Shown here piece by piece: positions 47,101 to 55,241 of a stretch of DNA of 63,570 nt (the first letter of the stretch is position 1; the number at the start of each line of letters is the position of its first letter). The DNA is taken from positions 1 through 63,570 of the IMG/VR virus record IMGVR_UViG_3300025423_000018. One strand, given 5' to 3'. The translations under genes were made by a program, and so were the position numbers. Source of the DNA: a virus. Taxonomy: Duplodnaviria; Caudoviricetes. Under the pieces are notes generated by a model, which had not been told where the DNA came from, did no database searches, and worked only from the letters and a program-made list of their open reading frames with translations.

Positions 47101-47419
47101 TAGGATTAAGTACAAACTTATCTTCAGTCGGTGCAGTGGGAGGAAGCTGTTTACCCTGCAATACACTTACAGGTTTAGGCTGTGCAACGTTGGTAATCTC
47201 AGTACCAAGACTTTCCCCCATGGGGGAGCCAAGATCAGCTAATGGGGCTGATGTAGGTGTCGGTGCAACTACGGGTGCGCTGGCTTTAACAATTGGGGCT
47301 GGCGCAGTAGCTTCTTCGATAGGTACAAACTTAGGCCCAGTGCTCTCTTCAAGAGGCACAAATTTAGGCCCCGTGGTAGTTGGCTGTTCTGCTGCATCCT
47401 CAATAGGTACAAAGCGCAT
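41144..47419 (-). CDS. Large putative internal/ejection (polyvalent-type) protein with zincin-like motif
   Basis: 2091 aa; last late gene; RGLY....TVYL and LHELLHAAT (44636-44650) followed by EFLAYG. Confidence 0.7.
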   Translation of the reverse strand: MRFVPIEDAAEQPTTTGPKFVPLEESTGPKFVPIEEATAPAPIVKASAPVVAPTPTSAPLADLGSPMGESLGTEITNVAQPKPVSVLQGKQLPPTAPTEDKFVLNPKFTNSIEAQLNALPEEERQAALDNLAKRTDAYGRAAKLIQQRYKNYDALKTDTEKKTFDPRLEAQTKRFMDKGYSAETAEGEAERQARRGQIGPGLAEAKETPQSVIEGEKYKLPDNATPIEQTINALQRGGKQALIGSEQAVRGTHLFLGDMLGLDMSNTKNRLDTLNENLQGMGENKYKPLQIVEGAISSIAQQLPYLIAGVATGSEAAVLMPMFSNSFGQNYEEARRNGLSVEDSTIRSTLNAAFEVLGEKAGLGSEMKAIRASTKGMPTSELVAYYTKALAREIPGEEFTYAGQSAVDKVLGLNPDMDFKGFLKGAVDTMLATVAQGGAMTMGGAAINKAVQKATSAAAPAAPDQQLSAQDIAEQKGFLVPTPKKEEAAPPAPAPNYGVQNATYQKGYGETNINAPAAAVTTPTDLGPIGEVRPSEELKPTTTTETPAPAPAVDQATQIKQLTEEHVKSGIPEEDAQVLAEREVKGTENAGQPVSTPSGVSTTTPSKPSAGGAPTGAGAPAGNGVVSTEPNAGQPVAGEEAKPATVDQETGEITPTETKEQPKTPEETQKALTTGEPSGPSTLETVQAKPQEQKTKSAAGRPAAPAEVKDKKAAAAKETRAATDKANYTVKKALPLLDQLAQPVDTSEAADEDAAKEMVAAHAAKKRAIVRELLIHFNNPKIRGTEAWKRVKSALAHPSITEKEKSDIDAGLKIAQKPLKQSSSPVGKADRSFSRVPNAAQALARIMKTGTIFEKLIAGRIRGFVNGVKIHVIEVGQELPEELQQHIQDFDAARGLYMPDTNTVYLKGDSYGNDHGINNITVLHELLHAATNQKIVLGLNALHKGLSDAKLTGFVRDLTNLGMRASKIYDALDRRGLVSKELKQVVESTLEFHDDGTPYYKIFDEPQEFLAYGLTDPTFQNFLEIIPSTKAEKSAFGEFVRKILNLFNIGKDNYSALHDLIDVTDKILDAKKTPLMRLVEYGMPPLKSALPTQQNAADEAKRDAQQFEAQTKIYDRSNTGAEILKANQTIQIIKNPSKALGAFKYGFKDMTYANKDFILNFPTTDFVAEVSGIQSLKDANMHLERMGGMQKQMMSDVSNLIESIENDLGDDDELKKEWTQFTFAVQGINPETTGAQNVKNAWNALGAKGQSAFKKITKYYARMFDYMGLILEQNLQALGGDSSETKHVLDQVRATINSQNRIDSYVPLLRDQNGQFWVAEKSGGFWTAKTQADRRKLLEFFAKEKNKTVDQLIKDGDVRQGNDLASLRKDTLETSPLLQRIFTLIDKSSFNTGDPIRNKSYQEAIKEDIFQMWLHLQPENSIRKNFINRKTIPGYNVDLLQGLAIQGSKFSLQIPRLKYGRAARLAVSAARANTKDQLELTPYVKQMDQRVTNAMTPEKEGKISTIARFFTNLSSIYYLSQATAITNVLSAYEVGLPQLSKKHSPAAAAAELGRSMKVFGLTGVRNEDGGWTMPTILNTIQANKKDTPDVANRKEEERMALNQMVNLGVSENTAIRNLFHRAETPSDSDLDKALRTAKTIGTLATFDIIHASERISREMIYYSSFRLGREKLLNGLKNSPRYKALKTDEERHAAEHQFVKDHMDDLVAQAAKDVRQSLFNYNPANRPAFLKSTGGRLMFQFAVYKLNILQFQLRNLIGMVKPLDDSTRAEAMRAFFGSMFTSWTLGGVTNMAGGSLLIGFLSALYNRERDKLPADMRQLEGFEWYKHNWLKNLADVRIGNSDLGSIVRDGPVNAFSGLDIGSHTNMSDIFFNPSSVVEGRTMRDQIVNYLTAILPPVPSMIQSMAQGLQHLSDGEYLKGIEKLYPAASMRHLLQAYRYSTQGETTKYNQTIMTPPGATRTDKDFRRGEILGQAIGLRPMRLEELQDANRMWYQLDKERESERSKVITSMTDALVKNNKANIQKAAKQMGEFNKKYSATYPDSAITIDSIDASYKSKMDALGLNWRGAQLNEKNMPMAGQVLGPSHRVSPNP

Positions 47420-47421
47420 AA

Positions 47422-49080
47422 TTAATCTCGCATATAGCCGATTACTTTACCATCTTTCAGCACTTCTTGCCCTTTGCCTTCAACATGTCTTCCTAATGTT
47501 GTACCGGGGGGCTGAGCAGAATTAGCCCCTCCTCCAGTACTGCCACCACTTGATGTTGCAGAAGGCATAGCACCAGCCATATATTTCTCTATGTACGCAT
47601 GCTCTTCATCTTCTGTCATTGGGGGTTGACTATTTATTGATCGGTTCAATTTTTCTTTCTGCAATGCAGTCATTGCATCTTTGTGCGAACGTGCAAATAC
47701 CCCAGTTAGTGTACCTTGTTGTTTGCCCATTTGATACTGTCTTAAAGCTTCGGCATTTATTCTGTCATCATCCCATGCGGGGTCATCTTTATGTTGACGT
47801 TTTAAGTCTTTGGCAAAGATTGCAATACCCTCGGCTTGATCTTTAAGCGGCTTTGTTTTATCAGCAGCGGCGAGTCTAGATCTAGCATTAATATCTGCGG
47901 CGTTCTCAGTAGCCTCAGCTCTACGTTCAGCAGCCTTAACTGAGCCAGCGGTTGTAGCCAAATGGCCGACCAATGTGGCTTTGGATACTTGCAAGTCTTT
48001 AGCAATCTTATCAAGATCAGACTGAGCTTTCTGAATACCCTGTACGTCGTTATTGGCAGTGGCACGTTGTAATTCTTCGACGGTATGCCTAGCATCAGCC
48101 ATCGTGGATTTTTGTTTGATCTCAGCCGTGGACAACGCCATCTGCTGACCAAATTGAGATTCTTGGCCTTGATCGATTGCACTACCCAGTTGGCCTAGGA
48201 AAGCACCAAGACCTCTTTGCCCTGTAACTTGACCTGCTTGTGTCAATGCTTTAAATAACGCAGGGAGACCTTGCTGTTGTTGGAGATGTTCTCTTTGGGC
48301 AAGGAATTGCTTTTGCTGCAAATCATTGATGTCGTTTTGATCTTGAAGATAATTAGCACCCGGTGCAACGGCCGCAGCGCTTTGTGCCCATTGAGGCATG
48401 GTCTTTAAGATGTCAGCTTTACTCTGCACATTTGTTGTGGGCTGATAGTTAATCAAATCCTGTGCTTGCTGTTGTGCTTGGGCCAATGCAGAATCTGCAT
48501 TGTATGGCTGAACTTCTGGCGCATTAGCAGCGGGTGCATTGGCTGCAGGGGCATTCGGATCTTTTACTTGGCTATTATTGTTATCAGGTGTTGGCCCCGA
48601 GAACGCAATAATCCCACCACCATGGAAATGCAAGTTAGATGGAACGTGCGTAATTCCACCATGAGCCATAGGCATCGTCGGTTGTTGCGGTGCTTGTTGT
48701 TGAGCCATCGCTTGTTGTTGAGCCGCAGCTTGTATCTGTGCTTGGTTTGCTTGCTGTTGACTTGGTGCTTGCACTTGTAATGGGCCAGCTTGTGGGCCGC
48801 CCTGCGGTGCACTTTGGGGAGCGCCTTGTGGAACTGGCATTCCTTGAGCAATACCTTGGGATGGTTGAGCAGGTTTTGGCGTCAACGCAGATTGAATTCC
48901 TTCAAGCGTTTGATCGAGCACAGTGCTCTTGGCCACATCTTTAGGATTTTTTCCTTGCTTAAGCGCCATGTCAATTTGCTGCAACTTCATCATGGCTTGA
49001 ATAGGCGTAAGAGGAGAAGCAGGATTCATCCCATGCGCCGTGGCTACCAAGTCGCCAATGGTTCTATTTAAGTCAAACAT
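47422..49080 (-). CDS. Putative internal/ejection protein, Gln/Ala-rich
   Basis: 552 aa; MAHGG, FHGGGIIAF; coiled coils. Confidence 0.65.
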   Translation of the reverse strand: MFDLNRTIGDLVATAHGMNPASPLTPIQAMMKLQQIDMALKQGKNPKDVAKSTVLDQTLEGIQSALTPKPAQPSQGIAQGMPVPQGAPQSAPQGGPQAGPLQVQAPSQQQANQAQIQAAAQQQAMAQQQAPQQPTMPMAHGGITHVPSNLHFHGGGIIAFSGPTPDNNNSQVKDPNAPAANAPAANAPEVQPYNADSALAQAQQQAQDLINYQPTTNVQSKADILKTMPQWAQSAAAVAPGANYLQDQNDINDLQQKQFLAQREHLQQQQGLPALFKALTQAGQVTGQRGLGAFLGQLGSAIDQGQESQFGQQMALSTAEIKQKSTMADARHTVEELQRATANNDVQGIQKAQSDLDKIAKDLQVSKATLVGHLATTAGSVKAAERRAEATENAADINARSRLAAADKTKPLKDQAEGIAIFAKDLKRQHKDDPAWDDDRINAEALRQYQMGKQQGTLTGVFARSHKDAMTALQKEKLNRSINSQPPMTEDEEHAYIEKYMAGAMPSATSSGGSTGGGANSAQPPGTTLGRHVEGKGQEVLKDGKVIGYMRD

Positions 49081-49089
49081 GGTTAGCCT

Positions 49090-50013
49090 TTAACTAAGTT
49101 TAATACCTAAGTTGCTTAGGTTTGTAGCCAATGTGCCCAAACCACCGATTGCAGTAGAAAGACCTTGGATACCAGTCTGTTGTGTTGGTGTGTTGGTCAC
49201 TGTAGAAATTGGCAAACCTTGCAGCATAGATTGCTCAAACTGCAACTGAGTCATTGGATAGTTACGTTGGTTCAAGAACTCATTGTAGTCGGCAGTGACC
49301 CCAGCTTGGTTGATACCTTGCTGAGTCTGACCAATTGTGTTCATTGTGTTGGCCAAAGTGTTTGCATTGGCTTGCTCTTGGTTGTATTGACTTAGTGCTT
49401 GGTTATATGCAGTGTTGTAGCCTTGGCCGATTTGTGCGGCTTGTTGGGCTAACAGATTGCCTTGGTCAATACCTTGCATTACGGCTTGGCGTGAGCCGCC
49501 GTACGCACCTGCTTGGGTTAGCTTGCTCAAATCACCTTGCTCATTGATACCGGCGGTATAAGCCAATTGGTTTAATTGTGGCTGAAGAGACTGCTGCAAG
49601 TATGGGTTCATGTACTGGGCAGCCATGCTAGTACCAGAAGTATCCAATTGTGCGGGCTGGCCGAATCCTGCAGTCTGTCCTTGACCGGCTTGGCTGATTA
49701 AAGATGTTTCACTGGGTACGTTGGTAGCTGCACTGGGTAGCGCAGGAGCGCCTGTATTAGTCCAGCTCTGCCCAAGATTTTGAGGAAGAGTTAATCCACC
49801 AATCCCAGAGAATAAGTTTTGTTGTACGCTAGAAGGGCCAGCAGTCAAGGGCCCTTGGTAAACTTGGTAGGGTTGGTTGGCAACAGCTTGTGCTTGCCCC
49901 AACATGGTCGTGACATACGGCCCCGCCCAGTCCGACAGTGTGGAACTTGATGATCCGCCAATTGAAGGAAGCGCAGATGCTGCTGTTCCTGATGTAGCTG
50001 CCGTAGTTGTCAT
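49090..50013 (-). CDS. Putative DNA transfer/pilot protein
   Basis: YMNPY, GAYGGSRQA, GYNTA, C-terminal Gly-rich hydrophobic tail. Confidence 0.65.
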   Translation of the reverse strand: MTTTAATSGTAASALPSIGGSSSSTLSDWAGPYVTTMLGQAQAVANQPYQVYQGPLTAGPSSVQQNLFSGIGGLTLPQNLGQSWTNTGAPALPSAATNVPSETSLISQAGQGQTAGFGQPAQLDTSGTSMAAQYMNPYLQQSLQPQLNQLAYTAGINEQGDLSKLTQAGAYGGSRQAVMQGIDQGNLLAQQAAQIGQGYNTAYNQALSQYNQEQANANTLANTMNTIGQTQQGINQAGVTADYNEFLNQRNYPMTQLQFEQSMLQGLPISTVTNTPTQQTGIQGLSTAIGGLGTLATNLSNLGIKLS

Positions 50014-50022
50014 GATATATCC

Positions 50023-51135
50023 TTATGCGGGTAAATATTTTTCTGCTTTGGTATCAGCAGCGACATTTTTAGTTGTCTTTTTTCTGGCATGTTGAATACG
50101 CTCCATCATAGCGTATAACTTGCGTGCTCCAGCATCGCTAGAGCCGTTGCCAATTTCGGAAACGATGCGGGCTGGGATAACAAACTCACCGTCGGCTAAC
50201 GCAGCTTTTTGGTGGCCGCCTATGGTTGCTGGAATAGAGTCAGATACTCCGTCGCCTGGGCCTTTAAGCATTCTACCTCCGTCAGAATACGTACCGAGCG
50301 ATCCAATACCACCACCTTCAGCATAACCATGCATAATCCCACCTGCTTTTGCAGTGGGCGCTGGAGTTGTAACAGGAGGCGCAGTTGTGCTTGGTGCGGT
50401 AGCTAACTGAGATGTGGGTTGATAAACCATAGGACTAAAGTATGTAATTCCACCTTGTCCGGGTCTATAGTTAGAACCTAATTGTGCATTTGGGCCCATG
50501 GCTGCGCTATATGCTTGCTGAACTACATTAGGATCAACGTTCAACGCTGTTGCTGCTTGCTGAGGAGTAATACCGTAGCGATTCATTTGATCAGCTATTT
50601 GCGCATGGCTTAGATTACTTCCTGCGTTTTGGAAGTAATTGGCAAATTGATTTGGAGTTATAGCGGAGGCTCGTTGTGCGGGTGTGGCATTTGAAGGCAA
50701 ATTTGCAGAGTAAGTACCAACTTGTTGTTGGGGTATGGCGTATTGTTCTCTTGAAGCTTGGAACGTGGGAATACCACCTTGATATCCTTTGTAAACACTT
50801 CCACCGCTTCCGCCCAAAGCGTTATTTAAAAGAGAAGCAATCCCTGCAAGGCTGGCCAATTGCCCGGGCACACCAAGAGAGCTATTACCGCTAAGCAAGT
50901 TTTTAATACTTGTGCCCAAATCAGTACTTGGGGTCTGCACATTTTGTGCGCCTTGCGTAATGTTATTTGCAGCTTGAGTCGAGGTTGATCCATCAGACCA
51001 AACAGTCGTAACAGACCCATCGCTATTTTGAATTTGATCGACAACCGATGCTTTACCCACATTTGTGTCGTTGCCGGGGTCTGAGGTACCTGTAAAGAAT
51101 GAATCTAAACTATCACCAAAACTAGCGTCCGCCAT
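50023..51135 (-). CDS. Putative internal virion protein
   Basis: AKAGG, YAEGG, YSDGG; GPGDGVSDSIPA..LADGEFVIPA. Confidence 0.7.
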   Translation of the reverse strand: MADASFGDSLDSFFTGTSDPGNDTNVGKASVVDQIQNSDGSVTTVWSDGSTSTQAANNITQGAQNVQTPSTDLGTSIKNLLSGNSSLGVPGQLASLAGIASLLNNALGGSGGSVYKGYQGGIPTFQASREQYAIPQQQVGTYSANLPSNATPAQRASAITPNQFANYFQNAGSNLSHAQIADQMNRYGITPQQAATALNVDPNVVQQAYSAAMGPNAQLGSNYRPGQGGITYFSPMVYQPTSQLATAPSTTAPPVTTPAPTAKAGGIMHGYAEGGGIGSLGTYSDGGRMLKGPGDGVSDSIPATIGGHQKAALADGEFVIPARIVSEIGNGSSDAGARKLYAMMERIQHARKKTTKNVAADTKAEKYLPA

Positions 51136-51136
51136 G

Positions 51137-54100
51137 TTATTCCCCTCTTACAATTTTCAAAATATCGTTGATGGACACAGAATTGTCTGTGCCCCCTAAA
51201 AGCTTTGCCACTGGGTCTTCAGTAGTATTTTCGCTGGTTTGGTCAGATTTAGCAACTGGAAGATCTCCTCCCAAATAATCGCTTTCATCCCCTTCAGCAC
51301 CGGGTTTTGTCACGCTCAATGGCTTGTATGGCTCTTCAATCAAGTGTCCATACTTGTCCACTTTTTCAAACTTAGCACCAAACTGTTTGCCGTAATAGAA
51401 CACATTTGCCAGTGCAGGGATACCCAACGCCGTAGCCAAAGCTTGCGCTTGGGGCTGTGTCAGTCCTGTTGGCCCAGTTGTTGGTGCTGGAGCTTTGGTT
51501 GTAACTATTGGTGGTACTGTTGTAACTAGAACAGTAGTTGGCGGCGCAGTTGTAAGCACCGTTGTGGGCGGTACTGTGGTGGGTGGTAGCGTAGTTGGCG
51601 GAATTGTTGTAGGTGGCACCGTAGTTGACGGCACAGTTGAAGTTGGTGTGGGCGTGGGTGTTGGTGTTGGCTTAAGAGTAGCCGTTGAAGTCGGAGTTGG
51701 GGTTGGGGTTGGTGTGGGCGTAGCTGTACCTGTGGCCGTTGGGGTAGGCGTGGGTGTTGGTGTTGGCTTAAGAGTAGCCGTTGAAGTTGGAGTTGGTGTT
51801 GGCGTAGGCTTGGGCGTACCTGTGGCCGTTGGAGTAGGCGTAGGCGTAGGCGTTGTAGTGGGCGTAGGCGTAGCTGTACCTGTGGCCGTTGGAGTAGGCG
51901 TAGGCGTTGGAGTTGGGGTTGGGGTTGGAGTAGGCGTAGGCGTAGCTGTACCTGTGGCCGTTGGGGTAGGCGTGGGTGTGGGCGTAGCTGTACCTGTGGC
52001 CGTTGGGGTAGGCGTGGGTGTGGGCGTAGCTGTACCTGTAGGCGTAGGTGTAGGCGTAAGTGTTGGGGGCGCTGTTGTAGCCGGTTTTGTTGACGGTGGC
52101 GCAGTTGTCCATGTGCTTGGGTCTAATGGATCAAACGGCTTAGTTGTAGCCGGAGCTTCAGATGTCTTTGGCGGTGCTGTTGTGGCTGGCTCAGTTTTGG
52201 GTGGCGAAGTCGTCCATGTGTTTGGATCGGTTGGATCAAACGGCAAACTTACAGGAGGAGCAGTTGTGGCTGGCACCTTAGATGTCTCTGGCGGCGCAGT
52301 TGTCTCAATAGGTACAGTTAGGGGTGGCTCAGTTGTTTCAGGTGGCTCTGTGCTCGGAGATTCAGTTGTTTGAGGAGGCGCAGTTGTTTCAGGGGGCGCA
52401 GTTGTGGGTTCCTCAGTTGTTTGGGGAGGCGCAGTCGTCTTTGGAACTTGGGTTGTAGCGGGAGCTTGGGTTGTAGCTGGGGGCTGAGTAATCGCAGGAG
52501 GTACTCCGGGGGGTACAAACCCAACAGTTTTTAAAGCATCTAATTTAGCTTGTTCGTTTGGATCTATACCACCAGTAAAAGTTAAAAACTTTAATGCGGC
52601 TGAAAATGGTGTGGCCCCCAGCACCGATTGTGCTTTGCTTAGCAGGTCAGCAAACTTACTTGGGTTAAAGTTTGGATCATTAGCAGCGGCCTCCAAAGTG
52701 CTCATTACGGGTTGGATATAGCCTTGTACTATATTACCCACGTTTGGCACAAAATTAGGAAGCGCAGAAGCTGTACTTGAATCCGTGTATAAGTCATGGC
52801 TGATAGCCGCCATTTGCGCAGTGTAATCAGTTGCGTCCGCACTATTGGTATATGGAGTGTATGCAGTTTGAGTCGGCGCTGCTGTAGTGCTAGGTGGCGC
52901 TGTTGTAGATGTATCGGCTAACGCTACATTTGCTGCGCCAGCCAGATTTTTAAATGCTGTAAAAATTGAATTTTGGTTGCCGCTGTTAAGGGCATTTTGC
53001 AATTGTGTTGCTGCCGCAGCGGTCTTGGCATCTTGGCTTCCGGTCAAATTACTGACAGCCAACAATAGAGATGTTGTATCTCCCTTCTGCATTGCAGTGG
53101 CTGCCGAGGCTAAATTGAGCGCAGTATTAACATCTTTGTTAACACCAGTATTAAATACATTTGCCGCAGCAGTTAAGGCTCCTACATAGTTACCTTTGTC
53201 TACTGCATTGATACCAGAAACCACATTTGCTGCCGTTTTTAAATTACCGGCATTAGAAGCAAGCCATGAATTGGCCTGATCGAGAATACTGGCTGCACCT
53301 ACGGTATCCCCAGCAGCGGCAGCGGCATTGGCAGCGGCTAATTGTTGCTGACCCCAAGCACCGGCAGCAGAAAGAGCACTGATGACACCTTGGACAATAT
53401 TGCCACTCTTAAATGAAGAGTATGCGCTGGCAGCGGCCATGAACGGAGCAGTGGCCGGATTCATTGACAATGCCATAGCAACAGCAGGTTCGGCTGCATT
53501 GAACATAGCTACAAGACCTTGTCCCACTGCGGTTTTTATTCCACCAATAACCGAACCGGGTTGACCTGCTGACCATTTATAAGTAGAAGCTATATCTGTG
53601 GGGACAATAACATTGCCATTTGTGTCTGTTGTAAACGTAAGGCTATCCCCACCACCACGGGTTGGATTACCTGTTGCGTAAGAATAGGAACCGTCAGGGT
53701 TTTTAGTAACTGAAATACCGTTTAATGCGTACTGTGGAGTACCGTCATCATTTGTGCCAACTTGTGTTACTTGCCCACCTTTTGTGATGGCGTTGATACC
53801 TTGAGTTAAATTAGAGTTTTGTTGCTGTAGTTGGTCTAAAGTTAAATAGTTTTCTCTGGCAGTCTTACTGTCAACTCCCGTAACTGCAGCCGCTTGATCA
53901 GTCGTAATCCCATATTGGCCCACAGCTTGGCCAATTTCAGCATTTGTAGCATTTGGGTGCGCAGCGTACCAATTGGCAAACCCATCTGTGCCTGTTGGTG
54001 CATCGACTGTTTGAATGCCATTTGCAAACATACTGTTTGTTTGGGCTGCACTTAACCCAAATTCAGATTGCAGTTGGCTAGTAGTAACGTTGTTGTCTTT

Positions 54101-54709
54101 AAGTAATTTGTTTAATGTAGCCGTATCCCCAGATGCATATGCTGCTTCCATTTGCGTCATAACATTAGCAGACAAACCCTGTGCAGAAGTAGGGGCTGGC
54201 GTTGTTGTAGGAGGTTGAGCTGTAGCTACCTGAGTTATAGGGGGTTGAGTTGTAGCTACCTGAGTTATAGGGGGTTGAGTTGTAGCTACCTGAGTTGTAA
54301 AGGGTTGTGTGGTTGTTGGTACAGGTGTGGTAATAACTGTGGCAATCCCAGTTGGAATTGTTGGCGCAGGGGAGTCTGTTGGCGTAGGAGTCGTACTAAC
54401 GGCGGAGCTAATCCCAGTAGCAATTGTAGGTGCAGGTGTGGTTATAACCGAAGCAATTCCAGATGTAGTTACTATGGGTGCACTAGTAGCTGGAGGCACA
54501 TAATATGTTCCAGTCGGATTGACTTTGTTATATATGCCTTGAATAGTACCGGTATCAGACCCAATCGCAGAAGCTACTTGCGCAGGTGTAACTCCATACT
54601 GATCCATGGCAGCAGCAACGGCTGCTTGAGACTGTGCATTATTCCCACCATATTGCGCTTCGGTGTTCTGAATAAAACTAACAATCTGATCCGAGGATAT
54701 ATCTGCCAT
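51137..54709 (-). CDS. Mucin-like Thr/Pro-rich late protein
   Basis: 1190 aa; TTAPP and (TP)n tracts ~51490-52490; [10 protein letters not shown] repeats near the N-terminus. Confidence 0.8.
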   Translation of the reverse strand: MADISSDQIVSFIQNTEAQYGGNNAQSQAAVAAAMDQYGVTPAQVASAIGSDTGTIQGIYNKVNPTGTYYVPPATSAPIVTTSGIASVITTPAPTIATGISSAVSTTPTPTDSPAPTIPTGIATVITTPVPTTTQPFTTQVATTQPPITQVATTQPPITQVATAQPPTTTPAPTSAQGLSANVMTQMEAAYASGDTATLNKLLKDNNVTTSQLQSEFGLSAAQTNSMFANGIQTVDAPTGTDGFANWYAAHPNATNAEIGQAVGQYGITTDQAAAVTGVDSKTARENYLTLDQLQQQNSNLTQGINAITKGGQVTQVGTNDDGTPQYALNGISVTKNPDGSYSYATGNPTRGGGDSLTFTTDTNGNVIVPTDIASTYKWSAGQPGSVIGGIKTAVGQGLVAMFNAAEPAVAMALSMNPATAPFMAAASAYSSFKSGNIVQGVISALSAAGAWGQQQLAAANAAAAAGDTVGAASILDQANSWLASNAGNLKTAANVVSGINAVDKGNYVGALTAAANVFNTGVNKDVNTALNLASAATAMQKGDTTSLLLAVSNLTGSQDAKTAAAATQLQNALNSGNQNSIFTAFKNLAGAANVALADTSTTAPPSTTAAPTQTAYTPYTNSADATDYTAQMAAISHDLYTDSSTASALPNFVPNVGNIVQGYIQPVMSTLEAAANDPNFNPSKFADLLSKAQSVLGATPFSAALKFLTFTGGIDPNEQAKLDALKTVGFVPPGVPPAITQPPATTQAPATTQVPKTTAPPQTTEEPTTAPPETTAPPQTTESPSTEPPETTEPPLTVPIETTAPPETSKVPATTAPPVSLPFDPTDPNTWTTSPPKTEPATTAPPKTSEAPATTKPFDPLDPSTWTTAPPSTKPATTAPPTLTPTPTPTGTATPTPTPTPTATGTATPTPTPTPTATGTATPTPTPTPTPTPTPTPTPTATGTATPTPTTTPTPTPTPTATGTPKPTPTPTPTSTATLKPTPTPTPTPTATGTATPTPTPTPTPTSTATLKPTPTPTPTPTSTVPSTTVPPTTIPPTTLPPTTVPPTTVLTTAPPTTVLVTTVPPIVTTKAPAPTTGPTGLTQPQAQALATALGIPALANVFYYGKQFGAKFEKVDKYGHLIEEPYKPLSVTKPGAEGDESDYLGGDLPVAKSDQTSENTTEDPVAKLLGGTDNSVSINDILKIVRGE
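51640..52062. repeat. Tandem repeats encoding (TP)n-TATGTA units
   Basis: Repeated GTAGCTGTACCTGTGGCCGTTGG and GTAGGC hexamers. Confidence 0.9.
54213..54297. repeat. 30-nt tandem repeat (~3 copies)
   Basis: TGTAGCTACCTGAGTTATAGGGGGTTGAGT encoding [10 protein letters not shown]. Confidence 0.9.
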
Positions 54710-55059
54710 TACACAGCTTCCCCACCGCTAATTGTTATGGTCAACCCTGTAGTTGAAGCTTTAGCTGATATGAACGAGCTGGTCGGCAAAACCTGCACAC
54801 CAGCGTAAGAAAACGTGGTATTTGCAGGGACATTCTGCGTGTAAAACAAAGCATTTTGAGTGCCCGCACTAAATGTTGCAGGGACAATGTGCAAGTTAAA
54901 AGTAATCGCCGAACCGGTTGTATTGCACACATCAATCTGTTTGAGGTATGTGCGAGTCGGTGTAGTCGGATTTGTTGGGACAGTGTAAAGCGTTGCGTAG
55001 CTGGTTGTTAGAGCAGCTTGTGCAATCTGTACTGGAGTGACGTTTTGATAATTAGCCAT
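54709..55059 (-). CDS. Putative virion structural protein (likely start 55059)
   Basis: [24 protein letters not shown], beta-rich. Confidence 0.65.
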   Translation of the reverse strand: MANYQNVTPVQIAQAALTTSYATLYTVPTNPTTPTRTYLKQIDVCNTTGSAITFNLHIVPATFSAGTQNALFYTQNVPANTTFSYAGVQVLPTSSFISAKASTTGLTITISGGEAV

Positions 55060-55241
55060 TAAACCCCCAGCCAAATAAGTGCTTGGTTGGTTGATACTTG
55101 GTTGCTAATGACTTGGTTAAAATTATCATTACTCGCAAAATACAAACGAAGAACTTTAGTCAACGCATCAAAATAGGCTTGACTATATTGCGCAGGGGGA
55201 AGGGGTAAATTAGGTGCTACGTTAATAATTGGAATACTCAT
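55059..55241 (-). CDS. Small tail-module protein
   Basis: APNLPLPP.QYS..Y....VLRLYF. Confidence 0.65.
   Translation of the reverse strand: MSIPIINVAPNLPLPPAQYSQAYFDALTKVLRLYFASNDNFNQVISNQVSTNQALIWLGV

Noticed and set aside
51640-52062. Regular repeats resembling a CRISPR array
   Set aside because: In-frame coding tandem repeats without unique spacers
51495-52373. 292-aa plus-strand (VG)n ORF
   Set aside because: Mirror of the Thr/Pro repeat tract, which lacks antisense stops
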